Below, one piece after another: positions 39,647 through 51,515 of a stretch of 64,000 nt of DNA (position 1 is its first letter; each line of letters starts with the position of its first letter). Location of the stretch: NCBI GenBank assembly GCA_002364755.1, contig DEZI01000018.1, positions 7,947-71,946 of the forward strand. The letters run 5' to 3'. The DNA comes from Stenotrophomonas maltophilia (GTDB lineage: Bacteria > Pseudomonadota > Gammaproteobacteria > Xanthomonadales > Xanthomonadaceae). Below the pieces are notes generated by a model, which saw only the letters and a program-made list of their open reading frames with translations, made no database searches and was not told the origin of the DNA. The translations under genes were made by a program, and so were the position numbers.

Positions 39647-41254
39647 ATGCCCGTTCCTGTCCTGATTTCCCGTGGTTGGCCGCTGCTGGCGCTCGCCGGC
39701 CTGGTATCCCTGGCGCCCGACGCCCATGCACAGCGTGTTTCGGCACGGGACCAGGCGAAGGCCGATGCGCTGCAGCAGCGCATGGCCACCGCCGAGAAAC
39801 GCTACAGCGATGCCCTGCTGCTGGTCGCCAATGCCGACCCCAAGGGCAGCAACGAAGCCGATGCGGCGCTGGAGGACATGGAAGATGTCATCAGCGAATG
39901 CGTGAAGCAGAAGGGCTGCCAGATGAGCAACATGCTGGCCACCTACAAGCGCCTGCTGAAGCGTGATGCCGACGCGGCCGCCAGTGATGACAGCGCCGAC
40001 GAGGGCGGCGACCGCCTGGAGGCCGACCCGGACCACGTGGGCCCGCTGACCGCCGACGTGCCCGAGGCCGCCCGCGCCGCGGCGCTGCTCAATGACAAGC
40101 GCCACGCCTTCGACAACATGGTCGAGTACAACCCGGCCGTGCAGGCGGGCATCCGCCGCTGGCTGACCGACATGCGTCCGGCCCTGCTGACCAGCTACGA
40201 GAACTACCAGAACCTGCGCGCGGTGATGTGGCCCGAGTGGGAAAAGCGCGGCCTGCCCGAGGCGCTGCTGTTCGGCATCATGGCCAAGGAATCCAATGGC
40301 CGCGTGCATGCGTCCTCGCGCGCCGGTGCGGCCGGCCTGATGCAGTTCATGCCGGCTACCGGCCGCCGATTCGGCCTGGGCCCGGACGGCACCGGCTTCG
40401 ATACCCGCTTCGATGCGCGCAGCGCCGCCGAAGCCAGCGCCAGCTATCTCAACGAGCGCCTGCGCGAGCTGAACAACAACGTGGAAATGTCGGTGGCGGC
40501 CTACAACGGCGGTGAAGGCCGCGCCGCGCGCGTGTTCAAGCAGAGCGGCGGGCAGAGCTTCTGGACCGACAGCGTCTACAACCAGTTCCCCGGCGAGACC
40601 AAGGACTATGTGCCGATGGTGATCGCCGCGGCGTGGATCTTCCTGCACCCGCAGCAGTACGGCGTGGAGTTCCCGAAGATCAGCGCGCAGCCTGCCACCC
40701 TGCGCCTGGCCAAGTCGACCACCATCTACGAGCTGACCATCTGCCTGGGCAGCCACGGCACGCGTGACGGCTACATGCGCGCGCTGCGCAACCTCAACCC
40801 GCGCTATGAAGCCGATGGCTGGATTCCGGCCGGTACGCTGATCAACGCCACCACCCGCATCGCCGGCCTGTACCAGCGCAACTGCGTCAGCGGCCCGCGC
40901 GCGGACCTGGCCCGCACCCTGATCACCGCCGATCTGAACGCGGCCATCGTGCGCCCGACCGCCGCCAGCTACACCGGCAGCGTGGCCGTGGGCGGCGTGG
41001 TGCCGCTGGCCGACCCGAACGCCAGCGCCACGGTGCCGACCGCACCGACGGCCCCGGTCGCCGCACCGCGCCCGGCGGCGCCCAAGGCCAAGCCCGCCAA
41101 GACCTACAAGGTTGGCAAGGGCGACACCCTGGGCCGCATCGCGGCGAAGTTCCAGTGCGAAGTGCCGACCCTGGCGCGCGCCAACGGCCTGAAGGCCCCC
41201 AGCTACAACCTGCGCCCCGGCCAGGTGCTGAAGCTGCAGGGCTGCGACAAGTAA
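39647..41254 (+). CDS. Lytic transglycosylase (SLT) with C-terminal LysM, MltD-like
   Basis: AKES, AAGLMQFMPATG, AAYNGGEG, ETKDYVP and LysM YKVGKGDTLGRIA. Confidence 0.9.
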   Translation: MPVPVLISRGWPLLALAGLVSLAPDAHAQRVSARDQAKADALQQRMATAEKRYSDALLLVANADPKGSNEADAALEDMEDVISECVKQKGCQMSNMLATYKRLLKRDADAAASDDSADEGGDRLEADPDHVGPLTADVPEAARAAALLNDKRHAFDNMVEYNPAVQAGIRRWLTDMRPALLTSYENYQNLRAVMWPEWEKRGLPEALLFGIMAKESNGRVHASSRAGAAGLMQFMPATGRRFGLGPDGTGFDTRFDARSAAEASASYLNERLRELNNNVEMSVAAYNGGEGRAARVFKQSGGQSFWTDSVYNQFPGETKDYVPMVIAAAWIFLHPQQYGVEFPKISAQPATLRLAKSTTIYELTICLGSHGTRDGYMRALRNLNPRYEADGWIPAGTLINATTRIAGLYQRNCVSGPRADLARTLITADLNAAIVRPTAASYTGSVAVGGVVPLADPNASATVPTAPTAPVAAPRPAAPKAKPAKTYKVGKGDTLGRIAAKFQCEVPTLARANGLKAPSYNLRPGQVLKLQGCDK

Positions 41255-41272
41255 CCGAACCGGAAGAGAGCC

Positions 41273-41620
41273 ATGGACCTGGAAGCAACCCGCGATCTGT
41301 TCGCCAACCTGCGCGAGAACACCGATTGGGATCTCGCCACGCCCCTGCTGTGGGGCTATTACTTCGTGCATTCCACCCCGGACCGCCTGCAGGCGCTGGC
41401 GACCACCCTGGAAGCCCAGGGCTATGAGGTGGTGGAACTGTTCGAACAGGAGCCGGAGGAGGGCGATGCGCCCTTCCACGTGCTGCACGTGGAGCGCGTG
41501 GAGATCCACGACGAAGCCTCGCTGGACCTGCGCAACCAGGAACTGGCCGCCCTGGCCAGCCAGACCGGCGTGGAAGACTACGACGGCGTCGACGTCGGCC
41601 CGGCCCCGACCCTGCAATAA
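41273..41620 (+). CDS. RraB-like small acidic protein
   Basis: LLWGYYF, LEAQGY and EDYDGVDVG; acidic composition. Confidence 0.65.
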   Translation: MDLEATRDLFANLRENTDWDLATPLLWGYYFVHSTPDRLQALATTLEAQGYEVVELFEQEPEEGDAPFHVLHVERVEIHDEASLDLRNQELAALASQTGVEDYDGVDVGPAPTLQ

Positions 41621-41633
41621 CGTACCGCTTTCT

Positions 41634-41693
41634 GTAGAGCCGAGCCCATGCTCGGCTGTTTTTCCCGGCAGCCGAGCAAGGGCTCGGCTCTAC
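41634..41693. repeat. Inverted REP doublet
   Basis: GTAGAGCCGAGCCCATGCTCGGCTG ... CAGCCGAGCAAGGGCTCGGCTCTAC. Confidence 0.85.
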
Positions 41694-41714
41694 AGGCCCG
41701 GCATCGCCGGTTTT

Positions 41715-42557
41715 TCAGCGCAGTCTTGCCAGCGCCTGGCCCAGCTGCACCGGGCTTTCGGCGCCCAGCTGCGGGGCGAACTCGGCCACGCCCGGCGGCA
41801 GCAGCACGATCACGGTCGAGCCGTAGTTGAAGCGCGCCATTTCGGCGAAGCGCTCCAGCTGGATGCCCTGTCCGCGGTAATCCTTGCGGGTGATGCGGTC
41901 GCCGTAGGCCGGGATCTCTTCGCCGCTCCATACTGTTTCCACGCCGGACACCAGCAGCGCACCGACCATCACGCTGACCATCGGGCCGAAGCTGGTATCG
42001 AAATGGCAGACCAGGCGCTCGTTGCGGGCGAACAGGCGCGGCACGCCGTTCACCGCGGCCGGGCCGACGCTGAACAGGCGGCCGGGCACGTGCACGGTCT
42101 CGCGCAGGGTGCCGGTCCACGGCATGTGCACGCGGTGGTAGTCACGCGGGGACAGGTACACCGTGGCGTACAGGCCGTCGTTGTACGGCTTGGCATCCTC
42201 GTCGCTGCCCAGCAGCTCGGCGGCGGTGAAGGACTGGCCCTTGGCCTGGAAAATGCGACCGGCCTCGATCTTCCCCAGCTGGCTGATGCGGCCGTCGGCC
42301 GGCATCACCAGGCTGCGCGGATCGGCATCGGCCACGCGCGCGCCCGGCTTCAGGGCGCGGGTGAAGAACTGGTTGAAGGTCGGGTAGCTGCGCGGGTCCG
42401 GATTGGCCGCTTCGTCCAGGTTGACGTCGAACTTGCGGGTGACGGTGTCGATCAGCCAGCGCGACACGCGCGGGTCGTCCGAGTACGCCAGCGAGCGCGC
42501 CATCGAGGACAGCAGGCGGTGGGGCAGGGCGTACGTCAGGGCGGTGGTCAGGCTCAT
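41715..42557 (-). CDS. psd: Phosphatidylserine decarboxylase proenzyme
   Basis: [27 protein letters not shown] and the cleavage motif FNYGST. Confidence 0.93.
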   Translation of the reverse strand: MSLTTALTYALPHRLLSSMARSLAYSDDPRVSRWLIDTVTRKFDVNLDEAANPDPRSYPTFNQFFTRALKPGARVADADPRSLVMPADGRISQLGKIEAGRIFQAKGQSFTAAELLGSDEDAKPYNDGLYATVYLSPRDYHRVHMPWTGTLRETVHVPGRLFSVGPAAVNGVPRLFARNERLVCHFDTSFGPMVSVMVGALLVSGVETVWSGEEIPAYGDRITRKDYRGQGIQLERFAEMARFNYGSTVIVLLPPGVAEFAPQLGAESPVQLGQALARLR

Positions 42558-43204
42558 GGGGCGGATTTCTCGGTCAGCTTCTGCAGGTCGCGGGCGATGG
42601 CCGGCGCGTTGAACGGGGGCCGCACCAGGCCGGCAAGGCGGCCCTGCGGGTCGAGCACGGCCAGGCTGGCCGAGTGCTCGACGGTGTAATCTTCGGGATT
42701 CTCGTCGAAATGCTTGCCCGGCACCTTCTGGAACACGAAGCCCAGCGAGGTGGCGAAGCGCTCCAGCGAGGGAATGTCGGCGGTGGCGGCCAGGGTGTCC
42801 TTGTGGAAGCCGTGCACGTATTCGCCCAGGCGGATGGCGTTGTCACGGTCCGGGTCCACCGACACGAACAGCACGCGCGGGCGCAGCGTGTCGGGCAGGG
42901 CTTCCCACTGCTTCTGCGCACCGGCCAGCTCGGCCAGGGTAGTGGGGCACACGTCAGGGCAGAAGGTGAAACCGAGGAATACCAGGGTCCAGTGGCCCTT
43001 CAGCTCGCCGGGGATGAGCCGGGTGCCGTCGGACTGGGCCAGGTTGAAATCGGGCAGCTCGCGGGTGTGCGGGTACAGGGTGATCGCTTCGGTGGCCGGC
43101 TGGTTGGCCGGCGGCTTCGGCGCAAACACCTGCTGCGCGGCCAGCAGGCCCAGGCCCGCCGCCAGGGCGATCAGCAGGATGATGCCGACGTTGCGATTGA
43201 ACAT
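42554..43204 (-). CDS. SCO1/SenC family copper chaperone
   Basis: [18 protein letters not shown] and YTVEHS. Confidence 0.92.
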   Translation of the reverse strand: MFNRNVGIILLIALAAGLGLLAAQQVFAPKPPANQPATEAITLYPHTRELPDFNLAQSDGTRLIPGELKGHWTLVFLGFTFCPDVCPTTLAELAGAQKQWEALPDTLRPRVLFVSVDPDRDNAIRLGEYVHGFHKDTLAATADIPSLERFATSLGFVFQKVPGKHFDENPEDYTVEHSASLAVLDPQGRLAGLVRPPFNAPAIARDLQKLTEKSAP

Positions 43205-43326
43205 GGGAGCCCCCGCAGGAAGTAATCCCCATCATACCGGCTGCAGCCTGATCGTTTCCGTCGCAACGGATGCCGCCGCGGGCGCCAGCCTCTATAATCG
43301 TGGGCCACTCTGCCCGCAGTACCGCC

Positions 43327-44256
43327 ATGACCGCTGAAACGGCCGCCGAACTCCACACGATCATCGACCTGATCCGCTACGGCACCAGCCGTTTCAACGA
43401 AGCCGGGCTGACCTTCGGGCACAGCTACGACAACGCACTGGACGAGGCCACCCAGCTGGTGCTGCACAGCCTGCACCTGCCGCACGACCTCGGCCCGGCC
43501 TACGGCCAGGCCCGCCTGCTGCAGGCCGAGAAGGTCCGCGTGCTGGAACTGTTCCAGCGCCGCATCGACGAGCGCGTCCCGGCCGCCTACCTGACCGGTG
43601 AAGCCTGGTTCGCCGGCCTCAGCTTCAAGAGCGATCCGCGCGCCCTGGTGCCGCGTTCGCCGATTGCCGAGCTGATCGAGTGCGGCTTCGAGCCGTGGCT
43701 GGCCGGGCGTGACGTCAGCCGCGCGCTGGACCTGTGCACCGGTTCGGGCTGCATCGCCATCGCCATGGGCCACTACTACCCGAACTGGGAAGTGGACGGC
43801 GTCGACCTGAGCGATGACGCGCTGTCGCTGGCCGAAGAGAACAAGGAACGCCTGCAGGCGCACAACGTGACCCTGCTGAAGTCGGACCTGTTCAACGGCC
43901 TGACCGGCCGCCACTACGACCTGATCGTCACCAACCCGCCGTACGTCACCAACGACGAGACCGATGCCCTGCCGCAGGAATACTCCTACGAGCCGGAAAT
44001 GGGCCTGCGTGCCGGCGACGACGGTCTGGACCTGGTGCTGAAGATCCTGCGCGACGCCCCGCTGCACCTGAGCGAGGACGGCCTGCTGATCTGCGAAGTG
44101 GGTGAATCCGAGCAGCACCTGATCAAGCTGCTGCCGGAAGTCGACTTCGCCTGGGTCGAATTCAAGGTCGGCCAGATGGGCATCTTCGCGGTCGAATGCC
44201 GCGAGCTGATCGCCCACAGCGCACGCATCACCGAACTGGCGGCACAGCGCCCGTGA
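43327..44256 (+). CDS. prmB: Ribosomal protein L3 glutamine methyltransferase
   Basis: [22 protein letters not shown] and NPPY. Confidence 0.93.
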   Translation: MTAETAAELHTIIDLIRYGTSRFNEAGLTFGHSYDNALDEATQLVLHSLHLPHDLGPAYGQARLLQAEKVRVLELFQRRIDERVPAAYLTGEAWFAGLSFKSDPRALVPRSPIAELIECGFEPWLAGRDVSRALDLCTGSGCIAIAMGHYYPNWEVDGVDLSDDALSLAEENKERLQAHNVTLLKSDLFNGLTGRHYDLIVTNPPYVTNDETDALPQEYSYEPEMGLRAGDDGLDLVLKILRDAPLHLSEDGLLICEVGESEQHLIKLLPEVDFAWVEFKVGQMGIFAVECRELIAHSARITELAAQRP

Positions 44257-45356
44257 GTTCCAATTCGTTCGGCAAGCTTTTCACCGTCACCACGTTCGGC
44301 GAGTCGCACGGGCCGGCCATCGGCTGCGTGATCGACGGTTGTCCGCCGGGGCTGGCGCTGGATGCGGCCGAATTCGCCATCGACCTGCAGCGTCGCGCCA
44401 CCGGCAAGAGCCGGCACACCTCGGCGCGCCGCGAGGCTGATGAGGTCGAGATCCTGTCCGGCGTATACGAGGGCCTGACCACCGGCACCCCGATCGCCCT
44501 GCTGATCCGCAACACCGACCAGCGCAGCAAGGATTACGCGAACATCGGCCAGCAGTTCCGGCCGGGCCACGCCGACTACAGCTACTGGCACAAGTACGGC
44601 ATCCGCGACCCGCGCGGTGGCGGCCGTTCTTCGGCCCGCGAGACCACCATGCGCGTGGCCGCCGGCGTGGTCGCCAAGAAGTGGCTGGCCGAGCGCTTCG
44701 GCGTGACCGTGCGCGGTTACCTGTCGCAGCTGGGCGAGATCCGTCCGGCCGGTTTCGACTGGTCGGCGGTGGAAGACAACCCGTTCTTCTGGCCGCACGC
44801 CGAACAGGTGCCCGAGCTGGAGGCGTACATGGACGCGCTGCGCAAGTCCGGTGATTCGGTCGGTGCGCGCGTGGACGTGGTGGCCGACAACGTGCCGCCG
44901 GGCTGGGGCGAGCCGATCTACGGCAAGCTCGACGGCGACCTCGCCGCCGCGCTGATGAGCATCAACGCCGTGAAGGGCGTGGAGATCGGCGATGGTTTCG
45001 CCAGCGCCGCGCAGAAGGGCACCGAGCACCGTGACCTGCTGACCCCGCAGGGCTTCACCAGCAACCATGCCGGCGGCATCCTTGGCGGCATTTCCACCGG
45101 CCAGCCGGTGGTCGCCTCCATCGTGCTGAAGCCCACCTCCAGCCTGCGCCTGCCGGGCCCGTCGCTGGATACCGAAGGCAACGTGGTCGAAGTGGTCACC
45201 ACCGGCCGCCACGACCCGTGCGTCGGCATCCGTGCCACCCCCATCGCCGAGGCGATGATGGCGCTGGTGCTGATGGACCAGGCCCTGCGCCACCGTGCCC
45301 AGTGCGGTGACGTCGGCACCATCACCCCGCGCATTCCCGGGCAGATCGATGGCTGA
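44253..45356 (+). CDS. aroC: Chorismate synthase
   Basis: [22 protein letters not shown] and GRHDPCV. Confidence 0.96.
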   Translation: MSSNSFGKLFTVTTFGESHGPAIGCVIDGCPPGLALDAAEFAIDLQRRATGKSRHTSARREADEVEILSGVYEGLTTGTPIALLIRNTDQRSKDYANIGQQFRPGHADYSYWHKYGIRDPRGGGRSSARETTMRVAAGVVAKKWLAERFGVTVRGYLSQLGEIRPAGFDWSAVEDNPFFWPHAEQVPELEAYMDALRKSGDSVGARVDVVADNVPPGWGEPIYGKLDGDLAAALMSINAVKGVEIGDGFASAAQKGTEHRDLLTPQGFTSNHAGGILGGISTGQPVVASIVLKPTSSLRLPGPSLDTEGNVVEVVTTGRHDPCVGIRATPIAEAMMALVLMDQALRHRAQCGDVGTITPRIPGQIDG

Positions 45357-46386
45357 TACCCGGCCGACGGTGTGGGTGAGCCAGCCGCTGGTCGACGCGG
45401 CCATCGCGCCGCTGCGCGATCGCGTGCAGTTGCTGGCCACTGATACCGTAACCGCCTGGTCGCCGCAGCAGATCGCCGAGCGCCTGGCCTCGGTCGACGG
45501 CGCGATCATCACCCTCAACGAGCGCATCGGCGCGGTCCAGGTGGCCGATGCCGCGCAGCTGCAGGTGATCGCCAACGTCGGCGTCGGCTACAACAACCTG
45601 GATGTCGACGCGCTGAGCGCGGCCGGCATCCTCGCCAGCAACACCCCGGACGTGCTCACCGAGACCACGGCCGACCTCGGTTTCGCCCTGCTGATGGCCA
45701 CCGCGCGCCGCATTACCGAATCCGAGCGCTGGCTGCGCGACGGGCAGTGGGGCCAGTGGTCGTTCCAGACCATGCTCGGCGCCGATATCCATGGCAGCAC
45801 GCTGGGCATCCTCGGCATGGGCCGCATCGGCCAGGGCATCGCCCGCCGTGGCGCGCTCGGGTTCGGCATGAAGGTGCTGTACCACAATCGTTCGCGCCTG
45901 CCGGCCGAGACCGAGGCCGCACTGGGTGCCACCTACGTGGACCTGGACACGCTGCTGGCGCAGTCCGACCACCTGGTCACCGTGCTGCCGTACACCCCGG
46001 CGTCGCACCACATCATCGATGCGGCCGCGCTGGCGAAGATGAAGCCTTCGGCCACGCTGGTGAACATCGCCCGCGGCGGCATCGTCGATGAGCTGGCACT
46101 GGCCGATGCGCTGGCCCATGGCCGCCTGGCCGCCGCCGGCCTGGATGTCTACGAAGGCGAACCGAAGGTGCGCCCGGAACTGCTGGCGCTGCGCAACGTG
46201 GTGCTGACCCCGCATATCGGCAGCGCCTCGCTGGGCACCCGTACCGCGATGGTGCAGCTGGCCGTGGACAACCTGCTGGTCGGCCTCGGCCTGGCCGGAG
46301 AAGCGGCGCGCATGCCGAGCGCGATCAACGCCGACGCGGCCCTCGCCGCGCGTGCCGTGCTGGGCAAAAAAACCGGGAAACGATAG
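45349..46386 (+). CDS. D-2-hydroxyacid (glyoxylate/hydroxypyruvate) reductase
   Basis: [28 protein letters not shown] and LTPHIGSA. Confidence 0.9.
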   Translation: MADTRPTVWVSQPLVDAAIAPLRDRVQLLATDTVTAWSPQQIAERLASVDGAIITLNERIGAVQVADAAQLQVIANVGVGYNNLDVDALSAAGILASNTPDVLTETTADLGFALLMATARRITESERWLRDGQWGQWSFQTMLGADIHGSTLGILGMGRIGQGIARRGALGFGMKVLYHNRSRLPAETEAALGATYVDLDTLLAQSDHLVTVLPYTPASHHIIDAAALAKMKPSATLVNIARGGIVDELALADALAHGRLAAAGLDVYEGEPKVRPELLALRNVVLTPHIGSASLGTRTAMVQLAVDNLLVGLGLAGEAARMPSAINADAALAARAVLGKKTGKR

Positions 46387-46477
46387 GGAACCTCTGCGCG
46401 CCCCGCCTGAGGAGGTTCCCCGAACCCAGCTGTCGTGCGTGAGTTTTCCCCCTTCCCGTTTTCGTGAGAGTTCCCCC

Positions 46478-47506
46478 ATGAGCAATGCACAACGCAGCTT
46501 CCACGTCGCCATCGTCGGTGCCACCGGCGCCGTCGGCGAAACCATGCTGGCCATCCTGGCCGAGCGCAACTTCCCGGTCGGTACCCTGAGCCTGCTCGCT
46601 TCCGAGCGCTCGGCCGGCGGCGAAGTCGAGTTCGAAGGCCAGAAGGTGAAGATCCAGGATCTGGCCACCTTCGACCCCAGCGGCGTGGACATCGCCCTGT
46701 TCTCGGCCGGTGGCAGCGTCTCCAAGGAATACGCGCCGAAGTTCGCCGCCGCCGGTGCGGTGGTGATCGACAACTCCTCGGCCTTCCGTTACGACGATGA
46801 CGTGCCGCTGGTGGTGTCCGAGGTCAACCCGGACCAGGTCGGCAACCGTCCGCGCGGTATCATCGCCAACCCGAACTGCTCGACCATGCAGATGCTGGTG
46901 GCGCTGGCGCCGCTGCACCGCAAGTACGGCATCGAGCGCATCAATGTCTCCACCTACCAGTCGGTGTCCGGCGGCGGCCGTTCGGCGATGGAAGAGCTGG
47001 GCAAGCAGACCGGCCAGCTGCTGAGCTTCCAGGAGATCGATCCGCAGCGCTTCCCGGTGCAGATCGCCTTCAACCTGATCCCGCACATCGACGACTTCCA
47101 GGACAACGGCTTCACCAAGGAAGAGATGAAGCTGGTCTGGGAAACCCGCAAGATCCTCGGCGACGAGAACATCCTGGTGAACCCGACCGCTGTGCGCGTG
47201 CCGGTGTTCTACGGCCACTCCGAATCGGTGGCGATCGAAACCCGCGACAAGGTGACCGTCGCCGAAGCGCGCGCGCTGCTGGAACAGTCGCCGGGCGTGG
47301 AAGTGGTGGACCGCCACGAAGCCGGTGGCTACCCGACCCCGGTCACCCATGCCTCGGGCACCGATGCGGTGTACGTCGGCCGCATCCGTGAAGACCTGTC
47401 GCATCCGCGCGGCCTGAACCTGTGGATCGTCTCGGACAATGTGCGCAAGGGCGCGGCACTGAATGCCGTGCAGCTGGCCGAGCTGGTCGCCGCCGAACAG
47501 CGCTGA
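46478..47506 (+). CDS. asd: Aspartate-semialdehyde dehydrogenase
   Basis: VGATGAVG, NPNCST, YQSVSGGG and DNVRKGAALN. Confidence 0.96.
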   Translation: MSNAQRSFHVAIVGATGAVGETMLAILAERNFPVGTLSLLASERSAGGEVEFEGQKVKIQDLATFDPSGVDIALFSAGGSVSKEYAPKFAAAGAVVIDNSSAFRYDDDVPLVVSEVNPDQVGNRPRGIIANPNCSTMQMLVALAPLHRKYGIERINVSTYQSVSGGGRSAMEELGKQTGQLLSFQEIDPQRFPVQIAFNLIPHIDDFQDNGFTKEEMKLVWETRKILGDENILVNPTAVRVPVFYGHSESVAIETRDKVTVAEARALLEQSPGVEVVDRHEAGGYPTPVTHASGTDAVYVGRIREDLSHPRGLNLWIVSDNVRKGAALNAVQLAELVAAEQR

Positions 47507-47510
47507 TGGA

Positions 47511-47565
47511 GAGGCCGGGCAACGCTCGGCCTTTTCTTTGCAGCCGAGCCCATGCTCGGCTCTAC
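47511..47565 (+). terminator. Terminator after asd followed by a REP
   Basis: AGGCCGGGC-AAC-GCTCGGCCT-TTTCTTT, then AGCCGAGCCCATGCTCGGCTCTAC. Confidence 0.65.
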
Positions 47566-47624
47566 CGGGTGCCTCCCCCCGCGGTGGATGCGGACCGTGG
47601 TCCGCACGCTTTATAGTGTCGCCC

Positions 47625-49673
47625 ATGAATAAACGGGCCAAGGGCGCCTCGCGCCCGCTCCTCTATCTCTCTGCCGCACTGCTGGCATTGGCCAGCGGTT
47701 CGGCCATGGCCCTGGGCCTGGGCGACATCCGCGTGCTGTCGCGCCCCGGCCAGCCGCTTCTGGCCGAAATCCCGGTGGTCTCCGCCGATCCTTCCGAATT
47801 GCAGAACCTGCGCGTGGCGCTCGCCTCGGCCGTCACCTTCGAGCGTGTCGGCCTGCAGCGGCCGACCGGCCTGGTCAGCGAACTGCAGTTCGAGCTGACC
47901 ACCAACAGCCAGGGCAGGGCGGTCGTGCGGGTGACCTCGCAGGCGCCGGTGGAAACCCCGTCGCTGAGCTTCCTGATCGAGGCAGACTGGGGCCAGGGCC
48001 GCCTGGTCCGCGAATACTCCGCGCTGGTCGATACGCCGGCCAGTGCGCTGGCCGTCGCCGAGCCGGAGATCGTCGCCCCGGCCGGCGTGCTGGGCAACAC
48101 GATCACCCGCGACACGCCTGCCAAACCGGCCGCACAGGATGCAGCCACCGCAGCACCGCCCGCACCCGCCAGCGCCGCCCGTCCCGCCGCGCCGCCGCGC
48201 CCGCGTGCCGCTGCGCCGGCCGCCGCCGATGGCAGCATCACCGTGCAGCAGGGCCAGACCCTGTCGCACATTGCCGGCGCGCTGGCCCGTGGCAACCAGA
48301 TCAGCCGGGAGCGGGCGATGATCGCCCTGTTGCGCGCCAATCCGGAGGCCTTCATCCGCGGCAACGTCAACCTGCTCAAGCAGGGCGCGGTGCTGCGCGT
48401 GCCAGGCAGCGAGGCCCTGGCCGCGATCGATGGCAACGAAGCTGCCGCGCTGGTCCGTGAGCATGCCGCGCAGTGGCGGCAGGCGCGTACCGTGCCGCAA
48501 CCGGCCGGTGCGCCGACGCCGGCCGCGCCCGTGGCTGCCGCAGCCACCGCCGCTGCCGCCACGGCCGGGGCACGTCTTGAGATCGCTCCGGCGCTGGCGT
48601 CCAATGCCACGCATGCGGGCACAACCACCGGCACCGGTGCCGGCAGCGAGGGTGACATGCTGGGCAATGAACAACTGCGGCAGGCCAGGGAAGACGTTGC
48701 CACCCGCGATGCCGAGATCGGTGAGTTGAAGCAGCGCGTGGCCGAGCTGGAAAAGCTCAAGGAGCAGCAGCAGTCGTTGATCGCGATGAAGGACAACGAC
48801 CTGGCTGCCGCCCAGCAGCGCCTGGCGCCGCCTCCCGGAGCACCCGCCGGTGGCACGCCTTGGTACTGGCTGGGCCTGCCGCTGCTGTTGCTGGTGGCTG
48901 GCGCCGCCTGGCTGCTGCGCCGGCGCAAGCCGTCGCCGCTGCCGCCGCTGCGCGAGGAGGGTGATGCCGTGGCGCTGGCCGCTGCGGTGCCTGCCGGTGC
49001 CGCGCTGGATTCGCTGGCCGAACAATCGTCCTGGGTCACCGGCCACGAGGACGACGGTCGCCAGGAACCGTCGATGCCGGCCTGGGTGATTGAAGAGGAT
49101 CATGCCGTCCACGCGCATGACGCGCAGGCCAATGAGGCGCCGTCCGCCCTGGTCGAGCCGGACGACGAACCGGTGGCGCACCCCGCTGCCGATGTCGAGG
49201 CCTTCTGGCAGGTGGGGGCGCTGGTGACCGACGAGGGCGACCAGCTGCCGCCGGCGGTGAGCGACGTACCGCGCTGGGACGAACCCGAGGCAGTGGCGCC
49301 GGAACCGGCCGACGCGGCCCACGTGCCCGCCGATGAGATCGGCGTACCCGACTATGCCCTGCACGCCGAGCAGCAGCCGGAATTCCGTGGTGTGTTCGAT
49401 CTGCCGGCTGAGCAGGCCGAGCAGGCCGAACAGGGCGAACAGGCCGAACAGGGGCAGCCCGTGGAGGCTGCCAGCGAAGACCTGGACCCGGCCGCTGGCT
49501 CCAGCAGCAACGACTGGGCTCCGCGCGCGGGCCAGGAGCGCCTGGAACTGGCCATCGCCTACCTGGACCTCGGCGATGCGCAGACCGCGCGGACCCTGCT
49601 GGAAGAAGTCGCCACCGATGGCGACGTGCACTGCCAGGCCCAGGCGCGTGAACTGCTCGCCCGCCTGGACTGA
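47625..49673 (+). CDS. fimV: FimV/HubP polar landmark protein
   Basis: ALGLGDIRVLS, GRLVREY, LysM-like ANPEAFIRGNVNLLKQGAVLRVP, coiled coil, TM helix and C-terminal LELAIAYLDLGD. Sits between asd and truA. Confidence 0.88.
   Translation: MNKRAKGASRPLLYLSAALLALASGSAMALGLGDIRVLSRPGQPLLAEIPVVSADPSELQNLRVALASAVTFERVGLQRPTGLVSELQFELTTNSQGRAVVRVTSQAPVETPSLSFLIEADWGQGRLVREYSALVDTPASALAVAEPEIVAPAGVLGNTITRDTPAKPAAQDAATAAPPAPASAARPAAPPRPRAAAPAAADGSITVQQGQTLSHIAGALARGNQISRERAMIALLRANPEAFIRGNVNLLKQGAVLRVPGSEALAAIDGNEAAALVREHAAQWRQARTVPQPAGAPTPAAPVAAAATAAAATAGARLEIAPALASNATHAGTTTGTGAGSEGDMLGNEQLRQAREDVATRDAEIGELKQRVAELEKLKEQQQSLIAMKDNDLAAAQQRLAPPPGAPAGGTPWYWLGLPLLLLVAGAAWLLRRRKPSPLPPLREEGDAVALAAAVPAGAALDSLAEQSSWVTGHEDDGRQEPSMPAWVIEEDHAVHAHDAQANEAPSALVEPDDEPVAHPAADVEAFWQVGALVTDEGDQLPPAVSDVPRWDEPEAVAPEPADAAHVPADEIGVPDYALHAEQQPEFRGVFDLPAEQAEQAEQGEQAEQGQPVEAASEDLDPAAGSSSNDWAPRAGQERLELAIAYLDLGDAQTARTLLEEVATDGDVHCQAQARELLARLD
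49410..49454 (+). repeat. In-frame 9-bp tandem repeat in fimV (EQA/EQG x5)
   Basis: GAGCAGGCC GAGCAGGCC GAACAGGGC GAACAGGCC GAACAGGGG. Confidence 0.7.
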
Positions 49674-49696
49674 CCACTGGACCACAGGGGCCACCC

Positions 49697-50056
49697 ATGA
49701 GCCGCGAAAACCGCATCGACTACGTTGAGTTCGCCTCGGCCGACCCGGCCGCCAGCCGTGCCTTCTTCGAGGCCGTGTTCGGCTGGTCGTTCGTCGACTA
49801 CGGCGAGGACTACACCGCCTTCGACGATGGCCGCCTGCAGGGCGGCTTCTTCCGTGGCCAGCCGCAGCGTGCCGAGGCCGGCGCACCGCTGCTGGTGCTG
49901 TATGCCGACCTGCTGGCACCGGTCGAAGCCGCGGTGCGCGCGGCCGGTGGGCAGGTCGTCCGGCCCGTTTTCTCTTTCCCCGGTGGCAGCCGCTTCCAGT
50001 TCGTCGAGCCCGGAGGCAACGAACTGGCGGTCTGGTCCGAACGCGACCCGGCCTGA
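49697..50056 (+). CDS. VOC/glyoxalase family protein
   Basis: IDYVEF, FGWSFVDYG and FPGGSRFQFVEPGGNELAVWS. Confidence 0.88.
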   Translation: MSRENRIDYVEFASADPAASRAFFEAVFGWSFVDYGEDYTAFDDGRLQGGFFRGQPQRAEAGAPLLVLYADLLAPVEAAVRAAGGQVVRPVFSFPGGSRFQFVEPGGNELAVWSERDPA

Positions 50057-50091
50057 GCGTCGCTCCACCCGCAACATTGAGGTAGCAGCAC

Positions 50092-50862
50092 ATGCGTTAC
50101 GCGCTCGGCGTCGAGTACGACGGCAGCGATTTCAGGGGCTGGCAGAACCTGGGCGAGGGCGGACCCAGCGTCCAGGCCAGCCTGGAGAAGGCCTTGTCCT
50201 CGGTGGCCGACGCGCCGCTGCAGGTGGTCTGTGCCGGCCGCACCGATGCGGGCGTGCACGGCCAGTGCCAGGTCGTGCATTTCGATACCGACGTGGTGCG
50301 CAACCCGCGCGCCTGGATGCTGGGCACCACCACCCGCCTGCCGCGTTCGATCGCGGTGCGCTGGTGCGTGCCGGTGGCCGATGATTTCCACGCCCGCTTC
50401 TCGGCGCGCGCGCGCCGTTACCGCTACCGCCTGCTCAACCGCGAGGTGCGCCCGGCGCTGGACCGGCAGACCCTGAGCTGGGAACGGCGGGCGCTGGACG
50501 AGACCCTCATGCATGCCGCCGGCCAGGCCCTGCTCGGCGAGAACGACTTCAGTGCGTTCCGCTCAGTGCAGTGCCAGGCTCTGCATGCGCGGCGTGAACT
50601 GCAGTCCCTGCAGGTCAGCCGCCAGGGCGAAGTGATCGAGGTGGCGGTGCGTGGCAATGCATTTCTTCATCACATGATCCGCAATATCGTCGGTTCGCTG
50701 ATCATGGTCGGCAGCGGCGAGAAACCGGTGGAGTGGATCGCCGAGCTGCTGGCCGGCCGTGATCGCACCGTTGCCGGCCCTACCGCACCTCCGCAGGGGC
50801 TGGTGTTCCTGGGGCCGCTGTACCCCGACAACTGGCAACTGCCTGCCGAGGTCACCTTATGA
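50092..50862 (+). CDS. truA: tRNA pseudouridine(38-40) synthase
   Basis: [26 protein letters not shown] and [11 protein letters not shown]. Confidence 0.96.
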   Translation: MRYALGVEYDGSDFRGWQNLGEGGPSVQASLEKALSSVADAPLQVVCAGRTDAGVHGQCQVVHFDTDVVRNPRAWMLGTTTRLPRSIAVRWCVPVADDFHARFSARARRYRYRLLNREVRPALDRQTLSWERRALDETLMHAAGQALLGENDFSAFRSVQCQALHARRELQSLQVSRQGEVIEVAVRGNAFLHHMIRNIVGSLIMVGSGEKPVEWIAELLAGRDRTVAGPTAPPQGLVFLGPLYPDNWQLPAEVTL

Positions 50863-51515
50863 GCCGCTCCTACTACCGTACCCGCATCAAGTTCTGTGGC
50901 ATGACCCGCGCCGGCGATGTGCGCCTGGCCGGCGAACTGGGCGTGGACGCGGTGGGTTTCATCTTTGCCCGTGAAAGCAGCCGCCGGGTAGCCCCGGCCG
51001 AAGCCCGGGCGATGCGCCAGGCGATCGCACCGATGGTCGACGTGGTGGCGCTGTTCCGCAACAACAGCAAGGAAGAGGTGCGTGAAGTGCTGCGCACCGT
51101 GCGTCCGACCCTGCTGCAGTTCCATGGCGAGGAAGACGAGAGCTTCTGCCGCAGCTTCAACATGCCCTACCTGAAAGCCATCGCCATGGGCGGTCGCGAG
51201 GACGTCAACGCACGCACGCTGCAGCTGCGTTACCCGAGCGCGGCCGGCTTCCTGTTCGACAGCCACGCCCCGGGCGGCGGTGGCGGCACCGGCGTGGCCT
51301 TCGACTGGGCGCGCATTCCCACCGGCCTGCATCGCCCCTTCCTGCTGGCCGGCGGGCTGAACCCGGAAAACGTGAAGGACGCCATCCTCGCCACCCTGCC
51401 GTGGGGCGTGGATGTGTCCAGCGGCATCGAGGTCGAGCCGGGCATCAAGGACGGCTACAAGATGCGCACGTTCGTCGAGGAAGTGCGCAGCGCCGACTGC
51501 ACCGTGCTGGAGTAA
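50859..51515 (+). CDS. trpF: Phosphoribosylanthranilate isomerase
   Basis: [24 protein letters not shown] and VDVSSGIE. Confidence 0.95.
   Translation: MSRSYYRTRIKFCGMTRAGDVRLAGELGVDAVGFIFARESSRRVAPAEARAMRQAIAPMVDVVALFRNNSKEEVREVLRTVRPTLLQFHGEEDESFCRSFNMPYLKAIAMGGREDVNARTLQLRYPSAAGFLFDSHAPGGGGGTGVAFDWARIPTGLHRPFLLAGGLNPENVKDAILATLPWGVDVSSGIEVEPGIKDGYKMRTFVEEVRSADCTVLE

Noticed and set aside
46386..46477. Possible lysine riboswitch or attenuator upstream of asd
   Set aside because: The spacer is only about 90 nt with a single GGGAACCTC/GAGGTTCCC hairpin. It is too short and has no leader peptide.
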